Shown here piece by piece: positions 1 through 10,000 of a DNA stretch of 64,000 bases. The notes beneath the pieces are model-generated. The model searched no databases. It was not told the origin of the DNA and worked only from the letters and a program-made list of their open reading frames with translations. The stretch comes from Hydrogenophaga sp. (GTDB taxonomy: Bacteria > Pseudomonadota > Gammaproteobacteria > Burkholderiales > Burkholderiaceae_C), in contig JAURYH010000051.1 in the NCBI GenBank assembly GCA_030653975.1, positions 7,811 through 71,810 on the forward strand, in the 5' to 3' direction. The first letter of the stretch is position 1; each line of letters starts with the position of its first letter. The position numbers were made by a program, and so were the translations under genes.

Positions 1-1991
1 GCGACATCAAAACCACCCAGGTCATCCACAACGACACCGGACGCCCGGAGATCACGGTCGTCAACATCCAGAAGTTCCAGGACGACCCGGACGTTGTGCG
101 AACCGAGGACTACGACGTCAACATCCAGCGCGTCTATTTCCTGGACGAGGTACACCGCAGCTACAACCCGCAGGGCAGCTTTCTCGCCAACCTCAGCCAG
201 TCGGACCGCAACGCCATCAAGATCGGACTGACCGGAACCCCTCTGCTGGGGGACGACTACAACTCCCGCAGCCTGTTTGGTGACTACATCCACAAGTACT
301 ACTACAACGCCTCCATCGCCGACGGCTACACCCTTCGCCTGATCCGTGAGGAAATCGCCACCAACTACAAGCTGGCCTTGCGCGAGGCGCTCGCCGCGGT
401 CGAACTGGAAAAGGGGTCCGTAGACCGACGACAGGTCTACGCGCACCCGAGCTTTGTCGAGCCCATGCTCGACTACATCGTCAAAGACTTCGAGAAGAGC
501 CGAAGCGCGTTGGCTGAACCAAACATCGGCGGCATGGTGATTTGTGACAGCGCCGATCAAGCCCAGGAGATGCACAAGATCTTTGAGGCCGTCTACGCAG
601 AGAAGAGCAGCCCAGCCTTCAGCCTGCAAGACGCCGGACTCGCCGCCATCGCAGCCGAGAACCCCGAAGGCTACGCGGCCAGAACCTTTCTGAACAACCG
701 GGTGAGAACCGCAGCGCTGATCCTGCACGACGTGGGCAGCAAAGAAGAGCGCAAGCAATGGGTTGAAGACTTCAAGGCAGGCAAGATCGACCTGCTCTTT
801 GTCTTCAACATGCTGCTCACGGGCTTTGACGCCAAACGATTGAAAAAGCTCTATCTCGGCAGGGTGATCCGCTCGCACAACCTGCTGCAAGCCCTCACCC
901 GTGTAAACCGCACCTACAAGGAACTGCGCTACGGCTATGTGGTCGACTTTGCCGACATCCGCAAGGAGTTCGACGCCACCAACAAGGCCTATTTCGACGA
1001 ACTGCAAACCGAGCTGGGTGATGAGCTGGAGCACTACTCCAACCTGTTCAAGTCAGCCGAAGAGATCGCCCAGGAAATCGAAGCCATCAAGGACATTCTC
1101 TTCAGCTTCGACATCGAGAACGCCGAGGAATTTTCAAGGCAAGTCAGCCAGATCCAGGACCGCGCCACAGTACTGGCACTCAAAAAGGCCCTGACAGATG
1201 CCCGCAACCTCTACAACCTGATCCGCCTGGAGGGTGACTACGGACTCCTTCAAAAGCTCGATTTCCAGAAGCTCAACCAGCTCTACCGCGAAACCTGCAA
1301 CCACCTCGACCTGCTCAATCTGAAAGACAGCATCGAATCCAGCAACGACACCAGCAACCTGCTCAATGTCGCGCTGGAAGACGTGCTGTTCATGTTCACC
1401 AAGGTCAAGGAAGAAGAGCTGGTTCTGGCCGACAGGCTCAAGACCACGTTGCGCCAGACCCGAGAGGCGCTTGCAGACAACTTTGACCAGCAAGACCCCA
1501 AGTTCGTCACACTTAAAGAAGAGCTGCAACGGCTGTTCAAAAACAAGAAGCTCAACGAAGTCTCCCAAGAAGAAATGACTTCCAACATCGGCGCGCTTAA
1601 CGCCATACATGACAAAGTAAAAGAACTGAACCGCCAGAACAATCAGCTCCGAGCCAAGTACCGTGGCGATGCCAAATACACCCGTATCCACAAGCGGCTG
1701 CAAGAGCGTGTCACCGTCACGCAAACCGAGCGCCGTCTGTTTGATGCCCTGTTCGGCGTCAAGCTCTTGGCAGACGAGCAGGTGCTGCAAAACACCCAGC
1801 TGATGGCCAATGAAAGTTACTTCGAGCGGATGATGCAGCCGCTCGTGATCGGCGAGTTTCACACCCGCCAAAAAATCAAACTCACCCCAGACGCTTCACG
1901 CACCATCAACCAGCTGGTGGTGGCCGAATACATGAACGAATTTGCCACCGGCGCCCGCACCGGCCACCGCACAGGAGCACACCCTTGGTAA
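1..1991 (+). CDS. hsdR: Type I restriction endonuclease subunit R (5' end lies outside the window)
   Basis: Frame open from position 3. SF2 helicase motifs FLDEVHRS, GLTGTP, NMLLTGFD and LQALTRVNR; overlaps hsdM. Confidence 0.93.
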   Translation, partial: DIKTTQVIHNDTGRPEITVVNIQKFQDDPDVVRTEDYDVNIQRVYFLDEVHRSYNPQGSFLANLSQSDRNAIKIGLTGTPLLGDDYNSRSLFGDYIHKYYYNASIADGYTLRLIREEIATNYKLALREALAAVELEKGSVDRRQVYAHPSFVEPMLDYIVKDFEKSRSALAEPNIGGMVICDSADQAQEMHKIFEAVYAEKSSPAFSLQDAGLAAIAAENPEGYAARTFLNNRVRTAALILHDVGSKEERKQWVEDFKAGKIDLLFVFNMLLTGFDAKRLKKLYLGRVIRSHNLLQALTRVNRTYKELRYGYVVDFADIRKEFDATNKAYFDELQTELGDELEHYSNLFKSAEEIAQEIEAIKDILFSFDIENAEEFSRQVSQIQDRATVLALKKALTDARNLYNLIRLEGDYGLLQKLDFQKLNQLYRETCNHLDLLNLKDSIESSNDTSNLLNVALEDVLFMFTKVKEEELVLADRLKTTLRQTREALADNFDQQDPKFVTLKEELQRLFKNKKLNEVSQEEMTSNIGALNAIHDKVKELNRQNNQLRAKYRGDAKYTRIHKRLQERVTVTQTERRLFDALFGVKLLADEQVLQNTQLMANESYFERMMQPLVIGEFHTRQKIKLTPDASRTINQLVVAEYMNEFATGARTGHRTGAHPW

Positions 1992-3619
1992 CGCAGGAAT
2001 TTGAACAACGCACCCGAGAGCTGATCGACGGCCTCAAGGCCATTTGCGCCGCCTACGGCCTGGGCAACGACGGCAACGAATTCAAGATCATCACCCAAGT
2101 CTTTCTCTACAAGTTTCTCAACGACAAGTTCGCCTTCGAGGCCAAGAAAATCAGGCCAGACCTGGCCCAGGCCGACAGCTGGGAACAGGCCATCGCCAGC
2201 CTGAGCGCCGAAGATCTGGACATGCTGCAACTGCAGATGGGACCGGACACCGCCCGCCTGAAGCCGGAGCACTTCATCGCCCACCTGTGGAACCGCCAGA
2301 CCGCGCCGGAATTCGCCAAGCTGTTTGACGACACGCTGCGCGACATCGCCATCACCAACAACGACATCTTCGCGGTTAAGACCGACGGTGGCACCAAGAT
2401 CACGCTGTTTGACCGGGTGAGCGAATTCATCACCGACACATCCAAGCGCGACGCTTTCTGCCGTGCACTCATCAACAAGCTGGGTGGCTTCAGCTTCGAA
2501 CGCATCTTCACGCAGAAGTACGACTTCTACGCCTCGCTGTTCGAGTACCTGATCAAGGACTACAACAAGGACAGCGGCGGCAAATACGCCGAGTACTACA
2601 CCCCGCACGCCGTGGCCAAGATCATGGCCGCCATCCTGGTGCCCGAAGACGTGCGGGGCCAGGTCCGCAACGTCAGCTGCTACGACCCATCGGCCGGTTC
2701 CGGCACGCTGCTGATGAACATCGCCCACGCCATTGGCGAACAGCGCTGCAGCATCTACTCGCAGGACATTTCACAAAAATCGTCCAGCCTGCTGCGGCTG
2801 AACCTGATCCTGAACAACCTGGTGCACTCCATCCCCAACATCATCCAGGGGAACACCATGCTCCACCCCTACCACCGGGAGGGCAAGGCACTGCGCAAGT
2901 TCGACTACATCGTCAGCAATCCACCGTTCAAGATGGATTTCAGCGACTTCCGCAACGAACTGGACAGCAAGGAGCATCAGGAACGCTTCTTTGCCGGGGT
3001 GCCCAACACGCCGAAGCAGGCCGTCGACAAGATGGCGATCTACCAGCTCTTCCTGCAACACATCATCCACTCGCTCAAACCGGGCGGCAAAGCCGCCGTG
3101 GTCGTGCCCACTGGCTTCCTCACCGCGCAAAGCGGCATCGACAAAGCCATCCGCCAGCACCTGGTGGACAACAAGATGCTGGCCGGCGTGGTCTCCATGC
3201 CCAGCAATATCTTCGCCACCACCGGCACCAACGTTTCCATCGTCTTCATCGACCGCAGCAACCAGTACGGCGTGGTGCTGCTCGACGCGTCGGGCCTGGG
3301 CACCAAGGTCAAGGACGGCAAAAACCAGAAGACCGTGCTGTCCGAAGCCGAAGAGGACCGGATCATCGCCACCTTCAACGCCAAGGAGGCCGAACACGAC
3401 TTCGCGGTGGTCGCGAGCTACGGCGAGATCGCTGCCAAGAACTACAGCCTCAGTGCCGGGCAGTATTTCGAGGTGAAGATCGAATACAGCGATCTGACGC
3501 CAATGCAATTCAACGAAAAACTGCAAGGGTTCACTGCTCGGCTGGTTGCGCTGTTCCAAGAATCGGCAGGGCTGGAACTCGAGATCAAGAAGCAGCTGAT
3601 GGCGTTGAGATATGAATAA
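1985..3619 (+). CDS. hsdM: Type I R-M methyltransferase subunit M (N6-adenine)
   Basis: Motif I YDPSAGSG, motif IV SNPPF, and EYYTP; lies between hsdR and hsdS. Confidence 0.96.
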   Translation: MVTQEFEQRTRELIDGLKAICAAYGLGNDGNEFKIITQVFLYKFLNDKFAFEAKKIRPDLAQADSWEQAIASLSAEDLDMLQLQMGPDTARLKPEHFIAHLWNRQTAPEFAKLFDDTLRDIAITNNDIFAVKTDGGTKITLFDRVSEFITDTSKRDAFCRALINKLGGFSFERIFTQKYDFYASLFEYLIKDYNKDSGGKYAEYYTPHAVAKIMAAILVPEDVRGQVRNVSCYDPSAGSGTLLMNIAHAIGEQRCSIYSQDISQKSSSLLRLNLILNNLVHSIPNIIQGNTMLHPYHREGKALRKFDYIVSNPPFKMDFSDFRNELDSKEHQERFFAGVPNTPKQAVDKMAIYQLFLQHIIHSLKPGGKAAVVVPTGFLTAQSGIDKAIRQHLVDNKMLAGVVSMPSNIFATTGTNVSIVFIDRSNQYGVVLLDASGLGTKVKDGKNQKTVLSEAEEDRIIATFNAKEAEHDFAVVASYGEIAAKNYSLSAGQYFEVKIEYSDLTPMQFNEKLQGFTARLVALFQESAGLELEIKKQLMALRYE

Positions 3620-4865
3620 CTGGCCAAGAATCCCGGCGTCGGATGTGTGCACCTTGATTGTCGATTGCGTAAACAAAACCGCACCAAGCGTAGATCAAGA
3701 AACGCCATACAAAATGATCCGGACAACGAATATCAAGAATGGCCGGATCGACTTGGCAGGTTGCCGCTCAGTGTCAAGGGAAACCTACGAGAAATGGACC
3801 AAGAGAGCAAAGGTGCTGAGGGGAGACATCCTTCTTACCCGTGAGGCGCCCATGGGTGAAGTTGGGCGGGTAAATTTCGATGAGAGCGTTTTTCTTGGAC
3901 AAAGGGTAGTTCAGTACAGGGTCAACCCGGAGCGGTTGACATCAGAATTCCTGTTGTATTCCTTTCTTTCACCGGATTTGCAGTACCAGTTCGGAAGACA
4001 CGACAGCAGCGGCTCCACGGTCAGCCATATTCGTGTCCCAGACTGCCTGAAATTTGAAATCCCACTTCCATCTCTTGAAGAACAAAAAAAAATTGCAGCT
4101 GTTCTTTCTGCCATAGACGCCAAAATCGACTGCAACAACCACATCAACGCTGAGCTGGAGGCGATGGCCAAGATGCTGTACGACTACTGGTTCGTGCAGT
4201 TCGAATTCCCTGACGCCAACGGCAAACCCTACAAAGCCTCCGGCGGCAAGATGGTCTACAACGCCACGCTGAAGCGGGAGATTCCGGAGGGGTGGAAACA
4301 CTCAACGATCGGCGAGACATTTAAGACCCATCTGGGCGGGACACCATCACGTGACATAGATGCATATTGGGAGCCTGGCGAAGTGAGTTGGCTAAGTTCC
4401 GGTGAGAATCCGAGCACTTTTGTCGTGGCACCTGATGAGAATATTTCGATGCTCGGTTTGCGAAATTCACCTGCAAAGCTGCTACCTCAGGGCACGGTGA
4501 TTCTTTCAATCGTTCGTCACCTTAGAGCCTCGATATTGGGGATTGAAGCTGCGACAAATCAATCAGTCGTTGGGATTGTCGAGGCTGAAAAACTGAAGCA
4601 CTGTTTTATCTATCCGTATCTTGTTCGTGAAATACCAAGGCTGATGGCACTTCGAACAGGAGCACAACAGCCGCACATTAACAAGGGCGTACTGGATGAA
4701 TCCCTTTTGGTTATTCCTGACGATGCAACCTTAAATGTCTACACCAGCAAGGCATCCTCTCTGTTTTCACAGATTCAAAACAATCTTCTTCAAAACCAGC
4801 AACTCGCCCAACTCCGCGACTGGCTCCTCCCTCTGCTGATGAACGGTCAGGTCACGGTGGCGTAA
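3612..4865 (+). CDS. hsdS: Type I R-M specificity subunit S
   Basis: Two AT-richer variable halves separated by a conserved linker (PLPSLEEQKKIA...LEAMAKMLYDYWF...REIPEGW); ends LAQLRDWLLPLLMNGQV. Confidence 0.95.
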   Translation: MNNWPRIPASDVCTLIVDCVNKTAPSVDQETPYKMIRTTNIKNGRIDLAGCRSVSRETYEKWTKRAKVLRGDILLTREAPMGEVGRVNFDESVFLGQRVVQYRVNPERLTSEFLLYSFLSPDLQYQFGRHDSSGSTVSHIRVPDCLKFEIPLPSLEEQKKIAAVLSAIDAKIDCNNHINAELEAMAKMLYDYWFVQFEFPDANGKPYKASGGKMVYNATLKREIPEGWKHSTIGETFKTHLGGTPSRDIDAYWEPGEVSWLSSGENPSTFVVAPDENISMLGLRNSPAKLLPQGTVILSIVRHLRASILGIEAATNQSVVGIVEAEKLKHCFIYPYLVREIPRLMALRTGAQQPHINKGVLDESLLVIPDDATLNVYTSKASSLFSQIQNNLLQNQQLAQLRDWLLPLLMNGQVTVA

Positions 4866-5939
4866 ATGAGCGAGAAAAAACCTCCGCATTCGTCCAGGAA
4901 AACCGAGGTCTCTATCGTCCGCTCCTCGGCGGCCGAGTACCTCACCTTCGTCGCCGCCACGGGCGGCGGCGGCACCAGTGTGGAAATGCGCTACGAGGAT
5001 GAAAACCTCTGGCTCACGCAGAAGATGATGGCCACGCTGTACGACGTGTCGGTTCCCGCCATCAGCCAGCACTTGAAACGCATCTATGCCGACAACGAGC
5101 TGGAACGTGAGGCAACTGTTAAGCCCTACTTAACGGTTCAAACCGAGGGCGAACGGGAGGTTCAGCGCAAGGTGGAGCACTACAGCCTGCAGGCCATCAT
5201 CGCCGTGGGATTCAAGATCGAAAACGAACGGGCCGTGCAGTTCCGCAAGTGGGCCAACCGCATCGTCAAGGACTACACGATTCAAGGCTGGACCATGGAT
5301 GTGGACCGCCTCAAGAGTGGCGGGAGTGTGCTGACCGAAGAGTTCTTTGAACGGCAGCTGGAAAAGATCCGGGAAATCCGGGTCTCTGAACGCAGGTTCT
5401 ACCAAAAGATCACCGACATCTACGCCACGGCGCTGGATTACGACGCCTCGGCCACGGCGACCCAGCGCTTCTTCGCAGCCGTGCAAAACAAGCTGCACTA
5501 CGCCATTCACGGGCAGACAGCGGCCGAGGTGATCGTGGACCGCGCGAACCACCAGAAAGACAACATGGGCCTGACCCACTGGGAAGGCGCGCCCCAGGGC
5601 AAGATCCACAAATACGACGTGTCCGTCGCCAAAAACTACCTGTCGGAGTTCGAGCTGGCGCAGATGCAGCGCATCGTGTCGGCGTACCTGGACATGGCCG
5701 AGCTGCAGGCGATGCGCCGCATGCCCATGACCATGCAGGATTGGGAAGAACGCCTGAGCGGTTTTCTGAAACTCTGGGACCGCGAAATCCTGCAGGATGC
5801 CGGCAAGGTCTCCGCCGAACTGGCCAAGGCGCATGCTGAAACGGAGTTCGAGAAGTACCGCATCGTGCAGGACCGGCTGTTTGAAAGCGACTTTGACCGG
5901 GCGTTCAAGCAGATCGAGGCGGGCGATAAGCCGGCTTGA
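4866..5939 (+). CDS. RhuM-family (virulence RhuM-like) protein
   Basis: Signatures LWLTQKMMATLY, HYSLQAIIAVG, FRKWA, SERRFYQKITDIYA and HGQTAAEVI; its ATG directly follows the hsdS stop. Confidence 0.85.
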   Translation: MSEKKPPHSSRKTEVSIVRSSAAEYLTFVAATGGGGTSVEMRYEDENLWLTQKMMATLYDVSVPAISQHLKRIYADNELEREATVKPYLTVQTEGEREVQRKVEHYSLQAIIAVGFKIENERAVQFRKWANRIVKDYTIQGWTMDVDRLKSGGSVLTEEFFERQLEKIREIRVSERRFYQKITDIYATALDYDASATATQRFFAAVQNKLHYAIHGQTAAEVIVDRANHQKDNMGLTHWEGAPQGKIHKYDVSVAKNYLSEFELAQMQRIVSAYLDMAELQAMRRMPMTMQDWEERLSGFLKLWDREILQDAGKVSAELAKAHAETEFEKYRIVQDRLFESDFDRAFKQIEAGDKPA

Positions 5940-5963
5940 CTGGCCGCTTGCGCGGCACTTCCA

Positions 5964-7001
5964 TCAGCCCCCGTGCTGCGGCTGCAGCAGCGGCACGCGG
6001 TTGATCGCCATCGCCGCCGCCGCGGTGCGGGTTTCCACGCCGAGCTTGGCGTAGATGCGCTCCAGGTGTTTCTTCACCGTGGCGGGGCTGGACCCCAGGA
6101 TGTCGCCGATGTCGCGGTTGATCTTGCCCTTGGCCACCCAGTACAGCACCTCGGCTTCTCGCGCGGTCAGGCCAAAGGCCTGGCCCATGGCTTCGAGCAC
6201 GCTGGCGTCCGAGGTTTCCTGCATCACGATCAGCCAGTCACCGCCCTCGCCCGGCGCTTCGGTGCTCTCGGCACCGTCCTGGTCGCCCACGCGCTGGTGC
6301 AGCCGGAAGGTGAGGCGGCGCGGGCCGTGGTCGAGCGTGAGGCGCGGCGGCTCGCGCTGGGCCTTCGCTTCGCCGAGGTGGCGGCGCAGCCACTGCAGCA
6401 CGGCGGCCGGGGTGTCGGGCGCGGTGGTGCCGCAGTAGCGCTGCAGCAGCTCGCGCGCCAGCGGGGTCTGCCACATCAGGCGGCCGTCGCGCTCGCGCAC
6501 GGTGATGGTGGCGTAGCCGAAGGCGTCGAGTGCGTAGCGCGCCTGGCTGCGCTCGACCGCGCCCTGGCGCACGTGGCGCGCGGTGCGCAGGTGCACGCCC
6601 ATGCGCGCCATCACCTCGCGCGGTTTGATGGGTTTGGTGACGTAGTCCGCGCCCCCGGCATCGAGCGCGGCCACCAGGTGCTCGGTCTCGGTGAGGCCGG
6701 TCATGAAGATGATGGGGATCTGCGCCGTGGCCGGATCGGCCTTGAGGCGGCGTGCCACTTCGAAACCGTCGATGCCCGGCATCACCGCGTCGAGCAGCAC
6801 CACGTCGGGCAGGGCCTGGCGCGCACGGCGGATGGCGGACTCGCCGTCGAGCGCCACCAGCACGGTGTAGCCGGCTTCGTCAAGCGCGTCGTGCAGCGGG
6901 GCGACGTTGTCGGGCACGTCGTCCACGATCAGCACCACCAGGGCATCGGGTGGCGGCAGCTGCGCCGACAGGCGCTCCGGGAAGGGGGTGTCAATGCTCA
7001 T
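5964..7001 (-). CDS. Response regulator (REC + C-terminal LuxR HTH)
   Basis: LIVDD...LLDAVMPGIDG receiver; LTAREAEVLYWVAKGKINRDIG HTH; overlaps the kinase stop. Confidence 0.92.
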   Translation of the reverse strand: MSIDTPFPERLSAQLPPPDALVVLIVDDVPDNVAPLHDALDEAGYTVLVALDGESAIRRARQALPDVVLLDAVMPGIDGFEVARRLKADPATAQIPIIFMTGLTETEHLVAALDAGGADYVTKPIKPREVMARMGVHLRTARHVRQGAVERSQARYALDAFGYATITVRERDGRLMWQTPLARELLQRYCGTTAPDTPAAVLQWLRRHLGEAKAQREPPRLTLDHGPRRLTFRLHQRVGDQDGAESTEAPGEGGDWLIVMQETSDASVLEAMGQAFGLTAREAEVLYWVAKGKINRDIGDILGSSPATVKKHLERIYAKLGVETRTAAAAMAINRVPLLQPQHGG

Positions 7002-10000
7002 GGAAGCGTGGCGCTTTGTTGCAGGCGCTGTTCAATGGCCTCGAACCGGAACTCGCGCGCCAGGGTGCGCAGGCCCTGCGCAAAGTCGGCCTGCTCGGGG
7101 CGCTGGCGCACCCAGTCGTCGAGCCAGTTCACGATGCCCTTGTAATAGCCCAGGCGCACGAGTTCGAGCAGCGGCGCCAGTTCGGCCGCGCTGCTGGCCG
7201 CGGGCGGCTGGGGTGCATGGGCGACCTGACCGGTCTGCGTGGCCGCATCGGCCGTGACCCACTGCAGGCCCAGGCGCTGGCCCAACCAGTTGAGCAGCTC
7301 CTCGCGCCGCACCGGTTTGACGAAGAAGTCCTGTGGGCTGTGGCCGAGCTCGTTGTCGAGGCCTTTGTCGAAGGCGTTGGCCGAGACGATGGCCAGCGGC
7401 ACCCCGCCCCAGCCGCGCGCGCGCAGCCGGCGCAGGGTTTCCCAGCCGTCGATGCCGGGCATGGCGAGGTCCATGAAGATGGCGTGGGGCGCGCCCTCGC
7501 CCGCCGGGTTCAGCGCGTCGACGATGGCGAGCGCATCGTGGCCGCTGGTGGCCAGCAGCACCTCGAAACCCAGCGGCTGCAGCCAGCGCGCGATCAGTTC
7601 GCGGTCGCTCTCTTCGTTGTCCACCACCAGCACGCGACGGCGCGGTCCTTCGTATGCCGTGACCGCAGGTGCCGCCGCATCGCGCCGCACCACGGCACCG
7701 TGCAGCTCGGGCAGGAACAGGCGCACGCTGAACACCGTGCCCTCGCCCAGGGTGCTGCGCACCGTCATCTCGCCGCCCATGAGGTCGGTCAGCATCTTGG
7801 CGATGGTCAGGCCCAGACCGGTGCCGGTGCTGCCCGCGCTGGTCGCGGCAGCGGCCTCGGCCTGGCCACGCGCAAAGGGTTCGAACACGCGGTCGAGCTC
7901 GGGCGCGGCCATGCCCGGGCCGGTGTCGTGCACCTCGAACACCGCCATCTCGCGCGCGTGCGTCACGCGCAGCCGCACCTCGCCCTGGCGCGTGAACTTC
8001 ACCGCGTTGCCCAGCAGGTTGATGAGGATCTGGCGCAGGCGCTTGTCGTCGGCGCGCACGGCATCGGGCAGGCGGTTGCCGCTCTCGAACACGAAGCGCA
8101 GGCCCTTGGCCGCCGCCTGCAGCTCGAACATGCTCGCCACTTCCTGCATGGCGTCGGCAAAGGCCATGGGCTTGACGTCGAGCGCGAGCTTGCCCGACTC
8201 GATGCGCGCGATGTCCAGCGTGCCCTCGATCAGCGACAGCAGGTGTTCGCCGCCGCGGTGAATCACGCGGATGGCCTGCGCGCGGTGCGGCGCGATGTCA
8301 CTGTCTTCCTGCAGCAGCTGCGCGTAACCGAGGATGCTGTTGAGCGGCGTGCGCAGCTCGTGGCTGATGGTGCTGATGTAGCGGCTCTTGGCCTGGTTGG
8401 CCAGGTCGGCGGCCTGGCGCGCGCGCTGCAGCTGTTGATCGGTCTGGCGGTGCGACTCGATCTCGTGCATGAGCAGGCGCGTCTGCCGGTTCGATTCTTC
8501 CTGCGCTACCTCGCGGCTCTTGTGCGCCAGCACCAGCCACCAGGCCACGGTGGCCGCGATCAGCAGCAGCACGGCGTAGACCCGCAGAAAACCGGTGCGC
8601 AACGCGGCGTCGAGCAGGCTGGCGTCGGCCACCGCTTGCAGCCCCTGCCCCAGGCCCTGCACCTGCTGCCGGTACAAGAAGCCGAGCACGGCCGCCAGCA
8701 CCGGCGCCACCACCAGCATCAGTAACAGGTAGTGCGCGAGGCCCGCTTCGAGGTAGGGCCACATGCGTTGCGGCAGCACCGTGCGCAGGGCGCCTTGCCA
8801 CTGTTCGGACAGGCGCGCGTGCGGCTTGCACAGGTCGCCGCAGCGCGCATCGAGCGTGCAACACAAAGAGCAGATGTGGCCCTGGTAGGCGGGGCAATGC
8901 GCCATGTCGGGCGCTTCGTACTCGCGCTCGCAGATGACGCAGCGCTGGAGTGAAGTGACACCTGAGGCGGCGGCTGCGCATCCCCGCGTTGCCCCCTCTC
9001 CCTCTGGGAGAGGGTTGGGGTGAGGGCAGGCGCCACCACAACCCGACACCTCCGCAGCGCGAGCAATGTAATACCGCCCCCGCGTCGCCCAAGCAATCAA
9101 CGGCGACGCCACCAGCGCCGTCACCATCGCAATCACGGCCGAAAACGCTTGCGCGCCCTCGCCCATCAACCCCATGTGCGCCGCGATCGACAGCGCCGAG
9201 GCGAGGCCCATCGCGCCCACGCCCACGGGGTTGATGTCGTACAGGTGGGCGCGCTTGAACTCGATGCCCGGCGGGCTCCAGCCCAGCGGCTTGTTGATCA
9301 CCAGGTCGGCCACCACGGCCATGATCCAGGCGATGGCCAGGTTGCTGTAGAGCCCCAGCACTTCGCCCAGCGCCTGGAACACGTTCATCTCCATCAGCAT
9401 GAAGGCGATCAGCGTGTTGAACACCACCCAGACCACGCGGCCCGGGTGGCTGTGGGTGAGGCGCGAGAAAAAGTTGCTCCAGGCCAGCGAGCCGGCGTAG
9501 GCGTTGGTCACGTTGATCTTGAGCTGCGAGACCACCACGAACAGCGCCGTGGCCGCCACCGCCCAGCCGTAGTTCGGGAACACGTATTCGTAGGCCGCGA
9601 GGTACATCTGGTTCGGGTCGACCGCGCGCTCGGGCGGCACCATGTGGCTGATGGCGAGGTAGGCCAGCAGCGCACCGCCCAGCATCTTGAGCACACCCAG
9701 GATCACCCAGCCCGGCCCGCCAGCCAGCACACCGGCCCACCAGCGCCAGGCCCGGCCTTTTTCCGGCGCCGGCATGAAGCGCAGGTAATCGGCCTGTTCG
9801 CCCATCTGCGTGATAAGCGCGATGCCGACCGTGAGGGCAGCACCAAACAGGTGCCAATCAAAATCCACCCCCGCACCAGATTCGCCCCCGTAGTGCACCA
9901 CATTGGAGAACGCACCGGGATCAAGCGTCCACACCGCCACGAACGGCACCAGCATCATCACCAGCCAGAGCGGCTGGGTCCAGACCTGGAAGCGGCTGAT

